Of a stretch of DNA of 64,000 bases, positions 56,201-64,000 are shown in pieces. Below the pieces are notes generated by a model that was not told the origin of the DNA, made no database searches, and saw nothing but the letters and a program-made list of their open reading frames with translations. This DNA is from Pocillopora damicornis (taxonomy: Eukaryota). A program made the translations under genes and the position numbers. Each line of letters starts with the position of its first letter. Position 1 is the first letter of the stretch. Location: positions 1 to 64,000 of the forward strand of contig NW_020846071.1 in assembly GCF_003704095.1 (NCBI RefSeq), read 5' to 3'.

Positions 56201-59200
56201 CGTTTCCTGCATGATCCTACAGGTGAGAGTTCAAAAGTAACGGCACGAATGATATCTCAAGTCGAATAAAGTCACGCTCCATAAAAAGTTACTCATATTA
56301 ACATTTAGTAGAGTAATATCAACCATATTAAGTCATGTCAAAGTACACGTAGGGTCGGGAAACGAAGTTAATTTCATATCAGGTAAAGTTGTGTTAATCT
56401 GTCACACCATGTCACAACATGTCCAGTCATATCAAGGTCACGTTCTGTTACGTAACGCATTTTCACCGATAGAGTCGTGTTAATCTATGACGTCATGTCA
56501 CTGTTGAGGTCACGTTGTGTCATGTTACGCATATCTGGTAAGTTAATTTAAATCTGTTAAGTCAATTCATGACATGTAAAATTATGTAGCGCAGTTTCAC
56601 TCAAATCAGGTTAAGTCATGTCCATTCATGTCAAGTCGAGTACTGACAAGTCATGCGCCACAATTCCTGTGCTCTCACCTCGAATAAAATACACGTCATT
56701 AGCCCACGGGCCACCTTTGCCGTTCCTACATCGATTGGATCGTCCATACTTCCTGTAGGTCAAGTGAGCTCTTGGACCTGTAGCGCACCATCCCTGATGC
56801 TGAACGGAAAAAGCCCTGTAGCCACGTCTCGCTGCAGCTGCGAAGCACTTGAAAATGGCGTCGCTTCTTCTTCGGTAATAGCCGCGGACAAGAAAATCTT
56901 TGCCATCCATTTGTGGAATGGCTCGACGGCCAGTGTCTCGCCAACATCCAGCAGGTTTAACTGAAAAGAGAACAGGAACCACTCCATGTAAAAGTTAATG
57001 ATTAGTCCTTAGTGATTTAACCCTTCCACTCCAAAGAGTGACCAAAGAGAATTTACTTCTAACAATATTCTTTTATTTTCCAGCAGAAAGGTTATGACAA
57101 GAAATTTTACCTGGATTTAAAATCAAATTCTCGGAGCTAAAATGATTACAGATATATGGAGGAATCTGCAGAGAATTTGTATTTAGATCTTGGCAGGGAA
57201 AAGGTCAAGGGTCAAAAGAGGTGAGATCAGAGTTCATTTTTGTACAGTGTGTCTTACGAGTCTATAGTTTCTCGACTAAAAATCCAAAATTTATCCGAGA
57301 ATTTCTTTTTAACATAAATATAAAAAAAGAAAGAGAAAGGTGGCCATACTTACGCAAGACATTAGGTGTTACCCGGATTGGTCGAGCTGTAAAAAACAAA
57401 CGCAAATAAAACGTAACTAACTTTCACAAACAATACACGTATCTTTTCAAATTTTTAAAATGGCTGTCGTAAAGCGCGCAACTGATCCATCTTGTCCGTT
57501 GTGTGGGGCGCCTTTTTACTTTGTTAGTTATTATACCTATGGCTATAAGGTTTTTTAATTGTTTTCATCAATTTGTTGTCGTTCAATTGTAATAAATAGA
57601 TGAAAATAGACACAAATAGATATGAATGTACGAACTTACGGCGTGCTCCACCCCTACAGTATCCCCAAAGTCTCCGTCTCTTATAGTCCGGAGTTATATA
57701 ACACCAACTTTGTCCCCGTTTATTCTTGGCGCAACTGTTGTATCGGCGCCCGCGGTACACGAAAGGAAACGAACAGCAGTAACCTGTGGTAGTGCGATAT
57801 CTGCACTTTCCTAAAATTGAAACACATCACTGACAATAAGAATCTTTCACTAGAAAACTCTTATTATTCAACACTATCATTTAGTTCACTTTTATCTCTT
57901 ATTTTTACTTTGCCCTATGCGTTTTTTAGTTTTTCGATTTTTCTTCACAGAACTTTTAGTTTAATCATGAGTGATTCCTAGATTAACTACATCTAGTTTC
58001 AAATCACCAGCGACCCTTACAATCGGATTGGCTATCAGTTGAGCAAATTTTTTTTAATTACGAATCGCTCTATTTTTTTTGCTCCAAATCGTCTCCATTT
58101 CTCAAGCCAATGAAATAACAACAATGAGGAGCTGAAGACAAAACAACCAATCACATTCCAAGGTTTGCTAATGGTAACCAATCAAATTGCAAGAAAACGA
58201 AAGACAATGAAGCCATTGTGTGGCAACTTTGCAACTTTTGTCCCCAAATCACGAGTATGATTTCCGACCAAACTGCATTCCACTCAGTTCAGTTACCATT
58301 GCGAAGAACCAGAGAAAACGAGAAGGAATGATGAAATAATAGAAAAAAAAAACTCAAGTAGATATTCTGTAAAAAATCACTTCACCTGAGATCCTGTAGA
58401 CATCATTTGCCCAGCCACCTCCCTTTCCATTCCTACAACTGTTTGAACGGCCATACCTGGCATAAGTGAACTGGGCACGGGGTCCTGAAAAACACTGACC
58501 ACCATGTTGGACCCCGATGTACTTGTAGCCAAACCTGGCAGCATCTAAGGCGCATTTCTTTATGGCAAAGCGACGTTTTTGGTAGTTTCCCTTCAGAAGG
58601 ATACTTCTGCCTTCACGGTAAGGGATGGCTCTGCGAGATGTGTCTTTAAAGCAGCCGACTCTTTGGACTATAGACGAAACGAGACACAAGGGAACACTTG
58701 CATTGGTTCTGATTTACCATGTTATAGTTTGTCGAGAGAACTCGCTAAAGCTTTCATCCAGTTAACTTTTTAACTAAAACAAGTTCCGCCTGAGTAGAAT
58801 ACTTTTTTTTGGGTTGCGTTCCTATAATTCCTCTCAATACCTATACGCTGCTTGTGACATTGAACTTTGATAAGGTTACCTATTGTGGTTACCAAGCTTC
58901 CGGAGTTGTTTTAACCCCCCTGTCAAAAAGTGCTCTGATAGGCTCCAAATGAAAAAAAATATGTAGTGGCTAATACGACTGACAAGTGTAACACTAACAC
59001 AACCACTCTGGCAAAACACTAAACGAAAGAAGGACTAGCAAGATATTAATAGCGTTACTTACGTGTTACTAGCGGTGTGACCTTGATGATAGGAGCTGAA
59101 ATTGAAAAAAGAAAACGCAGATTAAAACTAGTAATATTTCTCTCACAGAGTTTTAAGAACTAATTTACAATTCTCTCACATGCAAACAAACAAACCAATT

Positions 59201-60367
59201 GAGATACCTTAGTTGTTTGTTCGTACGATGTATCCTATTCTTTACCACTTAAATAAAACGAAACCGGATACATTAAAGATAACAATCTATTTCTCACCTC
59301 CTCGTCCTCGGCAGTAACCCCACAATTTGTCCACGTCATAATTTGGAGTTGAGGCACACCATGGACGACGGTTTCTAGAATTGACCGTGGTACAGCTAGT
59401 ATACTTTCGGCCCTTGTAAACGAACGGGAACACGCAGCATTCACCACGGGTTGATCGAACTCTGCAAGACCCTGACGTCAAAGGCAAAAAAACTCAATAT
59501 AGTGAGAGTGTGTCGCACTACGGCAATTGAGTGTCGGGATCACATTGACATTGTTTTTACGGCCCCGTCATTGGTTAACTTCTCAGCCAATCGGCTTCAA
59601 AAATTCAACCAAAAGCACAAGAATCTAAATTTGGTTCACTTAATTTTTGCAAGAAACTGTTGATATGAACTATGCTTAAATAAAAATAGACAAAAGAAGT
59701 AAACAAATTTTTTCCAAATATGTTTTTACAAAAATTTCCACATGATATGCATATGCTATAAATCAACTTGAGGTTGACAGGTTTCTAGCAATAAAACATG
59801 AGGGTTACAAAAACCAAAGCCATCTTTACCTCTTAAGACGTACACGTCATTAGCCCAGGGTCCACCCTTTCCATTCCTACATCTGTTAGATTTCCCATAT
59901 TTGGCATATGTACGATAAGCGTGTCTAGCAGAGGCACACCATCCGCCATGTTGGATTGCGAATACTGTGTAACCTCTCCTCTTTGCCGCCAGAGCGCATT
60001 TCTGAATGGAGTACTGCCTTCTGCGGTAATTTCCTTTAAGGAGACGACTTTTGCCTTCCAACGTTGATATGGCTCGTCTTCCTGTGTCCCTGAAGCAGCC
60101 AAGTCCTTTAGCTGATTAACAAAAACGACGAAAAAAAATCAGTATTTTACGAAACAAAAAATCACGTATATATGTCAAGGGAAATTACAAAAAAGCCTTT
60201 AAGGAAAGAGAAGTACATGTTTAACGTGGTTTTGGACCCAACGGTACAAGGTAAACCAACTACATAGACATGTTGTGCAAGTTCATGCAAGAGAATTTTA
60301 ATAATTTTAGTTTGACTCACCCACTAAAACCACTGTGATGCGGATTACTCGTCCTGGAAAAAAAATA

Positions 60368-60399
<32 letters not shown>

Positions 60400-63300
60400 A
60401 TAAAGTTTAAGCTGAGAGATTTAAATCCACTATATGTATAAACTATTACAACAATTCACTTATTCATAAAGCTGCTACAATGATTGGAGCAAGAGCCTAA
60501 ACACAATATTGTAAGCTATCACAAACTTATCATAAGCTATAACTGATTATTAGTGACAATATCAAAAAAAAAATTATGTGTACCATGCAAAAAGTACCTA
60601 ACAACTGTACTCTTTACAGCTAATTTAGTCCATTCAGCCAGCACACATGATCCAAAAAAAAGAAAAAAGAAAAAAAAAAAGAAAAAAAAAAGAACAATGG
60701 GCAAAGTTGTAAACAGCTCATATTCTAGAAATGGAATGTACGAAAGACTTCAATTCAGATAGAAGTTTACTTTTTTATCAAATATGAAAAGGTACTGCGA
60801 CACTTACCTCTAACTCGTGGTACAACAGGTCGGACTGGTTTGCGACGTCGGCCTAATGTAATGGAAAAGGATTCAAAGTCTCATGAAGGATTTGATGGTT
60901 TAAAGGGGACTCACTGCTAATATTAAGCTATACAGTACGTTTATTATTTAGTGTTTCTCACTAGAGGCTCAGGTAAAATTAATTTCTGAAGAAAAGTGAA
61001 ATAGCCTGTATTCATCAATATTTTCTGGGTCTCCTCTGATGTTAATCACTCAACTCTGATAATGACTTCGACTAAGGTTGTCAGAACATCAGTCACTTAA
61101 CTATCCACGATAGTCCTTCTCAGGACAACTGTCAGCCAGACAATCAGACTGCACAACTGCACAATTAATTTAAAGTATTTCAACACATACACCATAAGTA
61201 GCTGGTTTATGATAAAACTTACATTTACAATTTCCCCATTTCTTGTCGCGATCATAGTTGGGTGTCAGAGCACACCATGGTCGATTGTGGTTTCTTCTTG
61301 TACAACTGTTATAACGACGTCCTTTGTAGATGAACGGGAATGCACAGCAGTAGTGATTTGTGACCCTTCTTCGACATTTACCTATAAAAACAAATTTTTA
61401 TGTTATCCTATGAAGATAATTATCCCATATATAAAAACGGTTTAATACAATGGTATTCATTTTTTTTAAACCTACCAGAAACAAAGTAAACATCGTTTGC
61501 CCATGGACCACCTTTGCCATTCCTACATTGATTGGATCGTCCATACTTCCTGTACGTCAGGTGAGCTCTAGGGCCTGTAGCACACCATCCCTGATGTTGA
61601 ACAGCAAAAGCTCTGTAGCGTCGCTTGGCAGCCTCCAGAGCACATTTTGCTATGGCATCACTTCTTCGTCTATAGAAACCACGCACAAGAAGGCCTTTTC
61701 CATCCATTTGTGGAATGGCTCGGCGACCTGTATCTCTGTAACAGCCTCGGGATCGAACTGAAATACAAGAAGTATCAAAATCAATTCACATTTGGAGAAA
61801 GAAACAAGAAAACAGACAGATCTTAGTGATGTTAATTAGCAGAATAGTAATAATCATTTAAATCAAGTACCACTTATTTCATTTGGCATCACTCGGAAAA
61901 TAATTACAGTACAGTAAATACTAAAAATGTGCAAGCATGATGTGACACAAAAGCAAATAACAAAACTATCAAGTTACTTACTCACAACTCCACTGGTTAC
62001 TTTAGTTGGGGGAGCTGGTGGGGCAAAAGAATTTGACAAGCATTAGCAACACTGCAGAAAAAGTAACTAACAATTACCTCACTTTGATCAAGTCTAATGT
62101 TTATAGTATATCTTCATTAATACCTCTGTAACCACGGCAATATCCCCATTGTTTGCTCCGAGGATAATCTGGTGTAGTTGGACACCATGGCCGCCCACTC
62201 CTTGTTTTTGCACATCTATTGTAACGGCGTCTACCATAGGTGAATGGGAACACACAGCAGTAACCAGATGTAGTTCGTTTTCTGCATTTTCCTAGCAGAA
62301 AAGAAACACAAAACATTTCCTTTGGCTAACTGATCAAATCAGGGAAAAAGGGAAAAAATAAATTATACTACTGTCATTCCACATTCAAATACTGCAAAAA
62401 AAGCAACAAACAATGACAGCATTGGAAAACAAAGAAATACGTAGGAAAATTGATGATTATCATTAAAAGCAACCATTGTCTTCAATGTTGGTTATGTAAA
62501 TACATATTTTTTAAGATGATATATTTTTTAAAGAGCAATGAAAAGTAAATGAATTGGTCAACTTCTCAACACTTGTAACTACTTGCTACTTGAAAAGATT
62601 TCATCAAAATTTCTTGTAAACTAATAAATGAATATATTATACTTTCCAACATTCAACCCTTTAACTCCTATGAGTGATCAAGAAAGAATTTCTCCTTACA
62701 ATAGCAATACAAGATAGGTGATGAGAATCAAAAAAAAATATAATTTAGGGGATTCTAACATGATCCAATATAAAATTTTCCAACTAACATCATAAGAGTT
62801 GTAGACTGTAAGGAGAATTACTAATGAGATGTGAAAGTGAAAAGCCTAGGTAATATTATGTACATTTGATATTTCAATCGAACTGGAATTTATATAGGCA
62901 AGTTTGCCAATTTGGAAACTGGAAATTTCACCAAACACAGTCTCACCTATAATCCTGTAAACATCATTAGCCCAAGGTCCACCTTTGCCATTCCTACATC
63001 TGTTTGATCGGCCATACTTAGCAAAGGTTTTGTGAGCCCTCGGTCCAGATGCACACCATCCGCCATCTTGGATTCCAATGAACCGATAGCCACGCCTTAC
63101 AGCTTCATAAGCACATTTTTCAATAGCTTTTCTTCGGCGCTTATAGTTTCCTCTTAACATAGGACTTTTACCATCTAGTTGTGGGATGGCCCTACGCCAT
63201 GTATCCTTAAAACAACCAATTCTCTGGACTGAAAAAAGAGGACAAAAGAAATGTGTTTTGTTATGTTATATTATAATATTAGACCAAAAAATTAAACAAA

Positions 63301-63540
63301 ATTTGACATGGACAGACTGCAAGGAAGCTTTTGGTTTGACCTAGATTCAGTTTTTGATCACTTACTAGCATATTATCAGTCTGTCATGAAAACTTTTTTC
63401 ACTCTTCTAATAGTACCCTTGACAAAAGTCTGAACTGCATTCTTATTACACAAAGTATTATCAGCCACCACTATCATCAGTTTAGAATTTGGTTTATAGA
63501 CACTTACGTCTCAGGGGTGGTGTGAGTCTTACTGGACGTC
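17011..63540 (-). CDS. Giant cationic modular extracellular protein (5'-partial): tandem [micro-exon linker - WSC-like - FN2] repeats, vWA domain, acidic tail
   Basis: 87 visible exons in one consistent frame. All repeat exons are phase 1-1 with GT/AG ends. 26 WSC-like exons (24 complete at exactly 282 nt, 2 cut by a gap), 25 FN2 exons (159-174 nt), 25 micro-exons of 30-36 nt, 9 Pro/Arg-rich micro-exons, a vWA exon and a terminal exon. No start codon or signal peptide in the window, so the gene continues beyond 64000. Confidence 0.88.
18065..18639 (-). CDS. Gene 2 von Willebrand factor A domain exon
   Basis: [48 protein letters not shown]...KVLVVVVSG...[10 protein letters not shown] is a typical vWA pattern. 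575-nt exon, phase 1 to phase 0. Confidence 0.9.
18760..22410 (-). CDS. Gene 2 higher-order repeat 9 (partial, A and B only)
   Basis: WSC-A 22129-22410; FN2a 21500-21670; micro 20910-20942; WSC-B 20537-20818; FN2b 19450-19608; Pro-rich 18760-18813. Confidence 0.85.
19660..19869. mobile_element. MITE family 1 copy
   Basis: Shares ctaacatcagt..catattctccatactg..acaaggagaat..aagggttaa with 28356-28567. Confidence 0.7.
20279..20489. mobile_element. MITE family 1 copy
   Basis: Near-identical to 28356-28567; ends aagggttaa. Confidence 0.72.
22971..27461 (-). CDS. Gene 2 higher-order repeat 8
   Basis: WSC-A 27180-27461; FN2a 26451-26618; micro 26052-26084; WSC-B 25329-25610; FN2b 25008-25166; Pro-rich 24535-24582; micro 24404-24436; WSC-C 23663-23944; FN2c 23135-23305; micro 22971-23003. 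Confidence 0.85.
27732..31244 (-). CDS. Gene 2 higher-order repeat 7 (interrupted by an assembly gap)
   Basis: WSC-A 30981-31244 (truncated); gap; WSC-B 30635-30880 (truncated); FN2b 30106-30264; Pro-rich 29960-30007; micro 29789-29821; WSC-C 28996-29277; FN2c 27995-28162; micro 27732-27764. Confidence 0.82.
28356..28567. mobile_element. About 210-bp MITE with TTAA-CCCTT...AAGGG-TTAA ends (piggyBac-like non-autonomous), family 1
   Basis: Terminal inverted repeat ttaaccctttacacc...ggttaaagggttaa. Close copies at 19660-19869, 20279-20489, 34533-34743 and 38775-38979. Confidence 0.75.
30881..30980. other. Assembly gap (100 N); other gaps at 350-503, 22685-22814, 32044-32053, 44325-44365
   Basis: N runs. 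Confidence 0.99.
31850..35684 (-). CDS. Gene 2 higher-order repeat 6
   Basis: WSC-A 35403-35684; FN2a 35027-35197; micro 34900-34932; WSC-B 34215-34496; FN2b 33794-33952; Pro-rich 33479-33520; micro 33335-33367; WSC-C 32842-33123; FN2c 32465-32632; micro 31850-31885. Confidence 0.85.
34533..34743. mobile_element. MITE family 1 copy
   Basis: ttaacctttacacc...aaggattaa, with a homologous internal sequence. Confidence 0.68.
35818..35890 (-). mobile_element. Degenerate tRNA-derived SINE head
   Basis: The reverse strand reads agctcagctaaaagcatcggtccacgaaatccgagtgtttcgggtttgattcctcg, with A-box and B-box-like motifs at tRNA spacing but no intact cloverleaf. A related fragment lies near 42560-42600. 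Confidence 0.4.
36022..41416 (-). CDS. Gene 2 higher-order repeat 5
   Basis: WSC-A 41135-41416; FN2a 40005-40175; micro 39804-39836; WSC-B 39149-39430; FN2b 38556-38714; Pro-rich 38415-38465; micro 37916-37948; WSC-C 37282-37563; FN2c 36627-36794; micro 36022-36054. Confidence 0.85.
36180..36336. mobile_element. Short MITE with nested internal palindromes
   Basis: Ends ggctccggttgt...acaactgggcc. Internal ggataac/tatcc and ccagata/tctgg hairpin units. Confidence 0.55.
36371..36535. mobile_element. Second copy of the palindromic Penelope-like remnant
   Basis: gtaaattggccaccgt...acggtggccaatttac inverted repeat, and the same tail (tcaactc..gataa.accaaatta...caccacag/taccacag) as 2567-2770. 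Confidence 0.6.
38775..38979. mobile_element. MITE family 1 copy
   Basis: caccctaacatcaatatgcatattctccatactg...aaagggtgaa. Confidence 0.68.
40833..41078. mobile_element. About 245-bp MITE-like element (possibly hAT-derived)
   Basis: Ends ggggttcatac...ttcgaaccctg. Repeated internal ttcaaggacttt/ttccaggacttt units. Confidence 0.45.
41523..41554. repeat. 8-bp tandem repeat (AGGCTTAC) x about 4
   Basis: gggcttacaggcttacaggcttacaggcttac. Confidence 0.8.
42065..46737 (-). CDS. Gene 2 higher-order repeat 4
   Basis: WSC-A 46456-46737; FN2a 45861-46028; micro 45616-45648; WSC-B 44685-44966; FN2b 44077-44235; Pro-rich 43880-43927; micro 43645-43677; WSC-C 42859-43140; FN2c 42279-42446; micro 42065-42097. 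Confidence 0.85.
46195..46385. repeat. Local direct duplication of about 95 bp
   Basis: ccccctttgtatctttgttggcgacgaatgatcctcctccgttccc...aaaatcttccacccc is repeated as cccctttatactctgttggcaacgaatgatcacccttccgttccc...aaaatccttccacccc. Confidence 0.6.
46848..47056. mobile_element. MITE family 2 copy
   Basis: Homologous to 3776-3987; ends tcaaccctttaact...agttaaacggttca. Confidence 0.65.
47297..53099 (-). CDS. Gene 2 higher-order repeat 3
   Basis: WSC-A 52818-53099; FN2a 52327-52497; micro 51610-51639; WSC-B 51061-51342; FN2b 50267-50425; Pro-rich 49872-49913; micro 49655-49687; WSC-C 48643-48924; FN2c 47789-47956; micro 47297-47329. Confidence 0.85.
48343..48537. mobile_element. Related TTAACCCTT-type MITE (diverged); similar elements at 57017-57208 and 62653-62847
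   Basis: About 200 bp with ttaacccttaagagtga...aaagggtta ends and the same layout as families 1 and 2. Confidence 0.55.
48982..49313. mobile_element. About 330-bp MITE with imperfect TIRs
   Basis: Left end ggagtttgagaaacaacggcggcgacg versus reverse complement of the right end ggagcttcagaaaaccccgacggcaacg. Confidence 0.6.
52050..52292. repeat. CCAATCA-rich interspersed repeat; related pieces at 45290-45482 and 40640-40716
   Basis: Shared ccaatcag...aaaacc...cccgcgctt and attgg...actttgg...acactcaa blocks. Confidence 0.4.
53108..53566. mobile_element. About 460-bp element with 27-bp terminal inverted repeats (Tc1/mariner-pogo-like MITE)
   Basis: Left end tagtaaaagtccgcgtataagaaccta; right end taggttcttaaacgcgggtttttactgta (reverse complement tacagtaaaaacccgcgtttaagaaccta). 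A CAGT terminus with flanking TA is typical of this superfamily. Confidence 0.65.
53659..58667 (-). CDS. Gene 2 higher-order repeat 2
   Basis: WSC-A 58386-58667; FN2a 57640-57810; micro 57354-57386; WSC-B 56679-56960; FN2b 56058-56216; Pro-rich 55597-55644; micro 55181-55213; WSC-C 54525-54806; FN2c 54218-54382; micro 53659-53691. Confidence 0.85.
58000..58300. repeat. Interspersed repeat also present at 63585-63990
   Basis: Shared blocks ac(c/t)ag(c/t)gacccttRYaat..gattggc and aagacaaaacaa.caat. Confidence 0.45.
59063..63540 (-). CDS. Gene 2 higher-order repeat 1 (plus the last micro-exon of the preceding unit)
   Basis: micro 63508-63540; WSC-A 62947-63228; FN2a 62124-62291; micro 61982-62014; WSC-B 61476-61757; FN2b 61223-61381; Pro-rich 60808-60852; micro 60321-60353; WSC-C 59830-60111; FN2c 59298-59471; micro 59063-59095. 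Confidence 0.85.
60370..60400. repeat. (CAAAA)n microsatellite
   Basis: Directly visible. Confidence 0.8.
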
Positions 63541-64000
63541 CTGAAAGTAGAAATAAAATACTCATACTTTATCACATCTATTTGAAAATAACTAGTGACC
63601 CTTGTAATTTGATTGGCCCTTAATCAGAAAGATGTAATTTATTCAAAAATCACACTTTTTTCTATGAAGAGCACCTTCTCCCCCAATCAGTAAGGATGGA
63701 AGAGTAAGACAAAACAAGCAATTGGATTGCAGATTTCAGCAATGTTATTTATTCACCAATTATACTCTTTTCCTAATTTTCATATTCATTTTCTTTTACC
63801 ACAGGATTAGTACAACAATTGTGACTACCAATATCCAATAACTTGGACCATCAAATGATGTGATTTCAAAACGGAAGTACTGGTAATAAGGCTTTGTGTC
63901 TAGAACTATGGGACTGAAATCATAATTTTGATTTCACTTCAAAAAAATGCTGTGCTTGGTCCATTTGTCTTTCTCGTAATAGCTTTTTTACACTGATTAC

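Noticed and set aside
18074-61761. Recurrent plus-strand ORFs (e.g. [12 protein letters not shown]...APSLML) across the array
   Set aside because: Antisense translations of the conserved WSC-like, FN2 and vWA exons.
19442-63160. Reading the array as a cluster of many small single-exon peptide genes
   Set aside because: The ORF-track starts and stops lie in introns. There are no signal peptides, and the fixed exon lengths with phase-1 GT/AG ends indicate one spliced gene.
20537-63228. Regularly recurring conserved DNA motif of about 40 bp (cattagcccaaggtcctccctttccattcctaca) resembling a CRISPR or satellite repeat
   Set aside because: It is the coding sequence of [11 protein letters not shown] in the WSC-like exons. 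Spacing is over 1 kb, variation is at synonymous sites, and the context is eukaryotic.

Overview
Eukaryotic, intron-rich, AT-rich scaffold sequence with N gaps. It is probably from an anthozoan such as a stony coral; this is inferred from domain content and repeat style, not proven. Two convergent genes fill the window. (1) On the + strand, 2136-16041, is an 18-coding-exon type I membrane protein of about 2,600 aa: signal peptide, EMI-like, EGF, 6 Ca-binding EGF, 2 sushi, EGF, a very large unannotated region, 2 Ig, SEA-like, Ephrin_rec_like Cys repeat, Ser/Thr stalk, TM helix and an NPxY-bearing tail. The unannotated region contains a coiled-coil / Cys-rich / hydrophobic Gly-zipper / Cys-rich / coiled-coil segment followed by an RRRR furin-type site. 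(2) On the - strand, from beyond 63540 down to 17011, is the 3' part of a giant and extremely cationic modular protein, at least about 4,500 aa within the window, with 87 visible exons. It has 26 WSC-like exons (282 nt wherever complete), 25 fibronectin type II exons and 34 micro-exons of 30-54 nt, arranged as a strict 10-exon higher-order repeat (8 and 2/3 copies). It ends in a MIDAS-degenerate vWA domain and an acidic tail rich in N-glycosylation sequons. Introns carry many short MITE-like elements and Penelope-like palindromic remnants. All exon boundaries were read by hand from GT/AG sites and frame.
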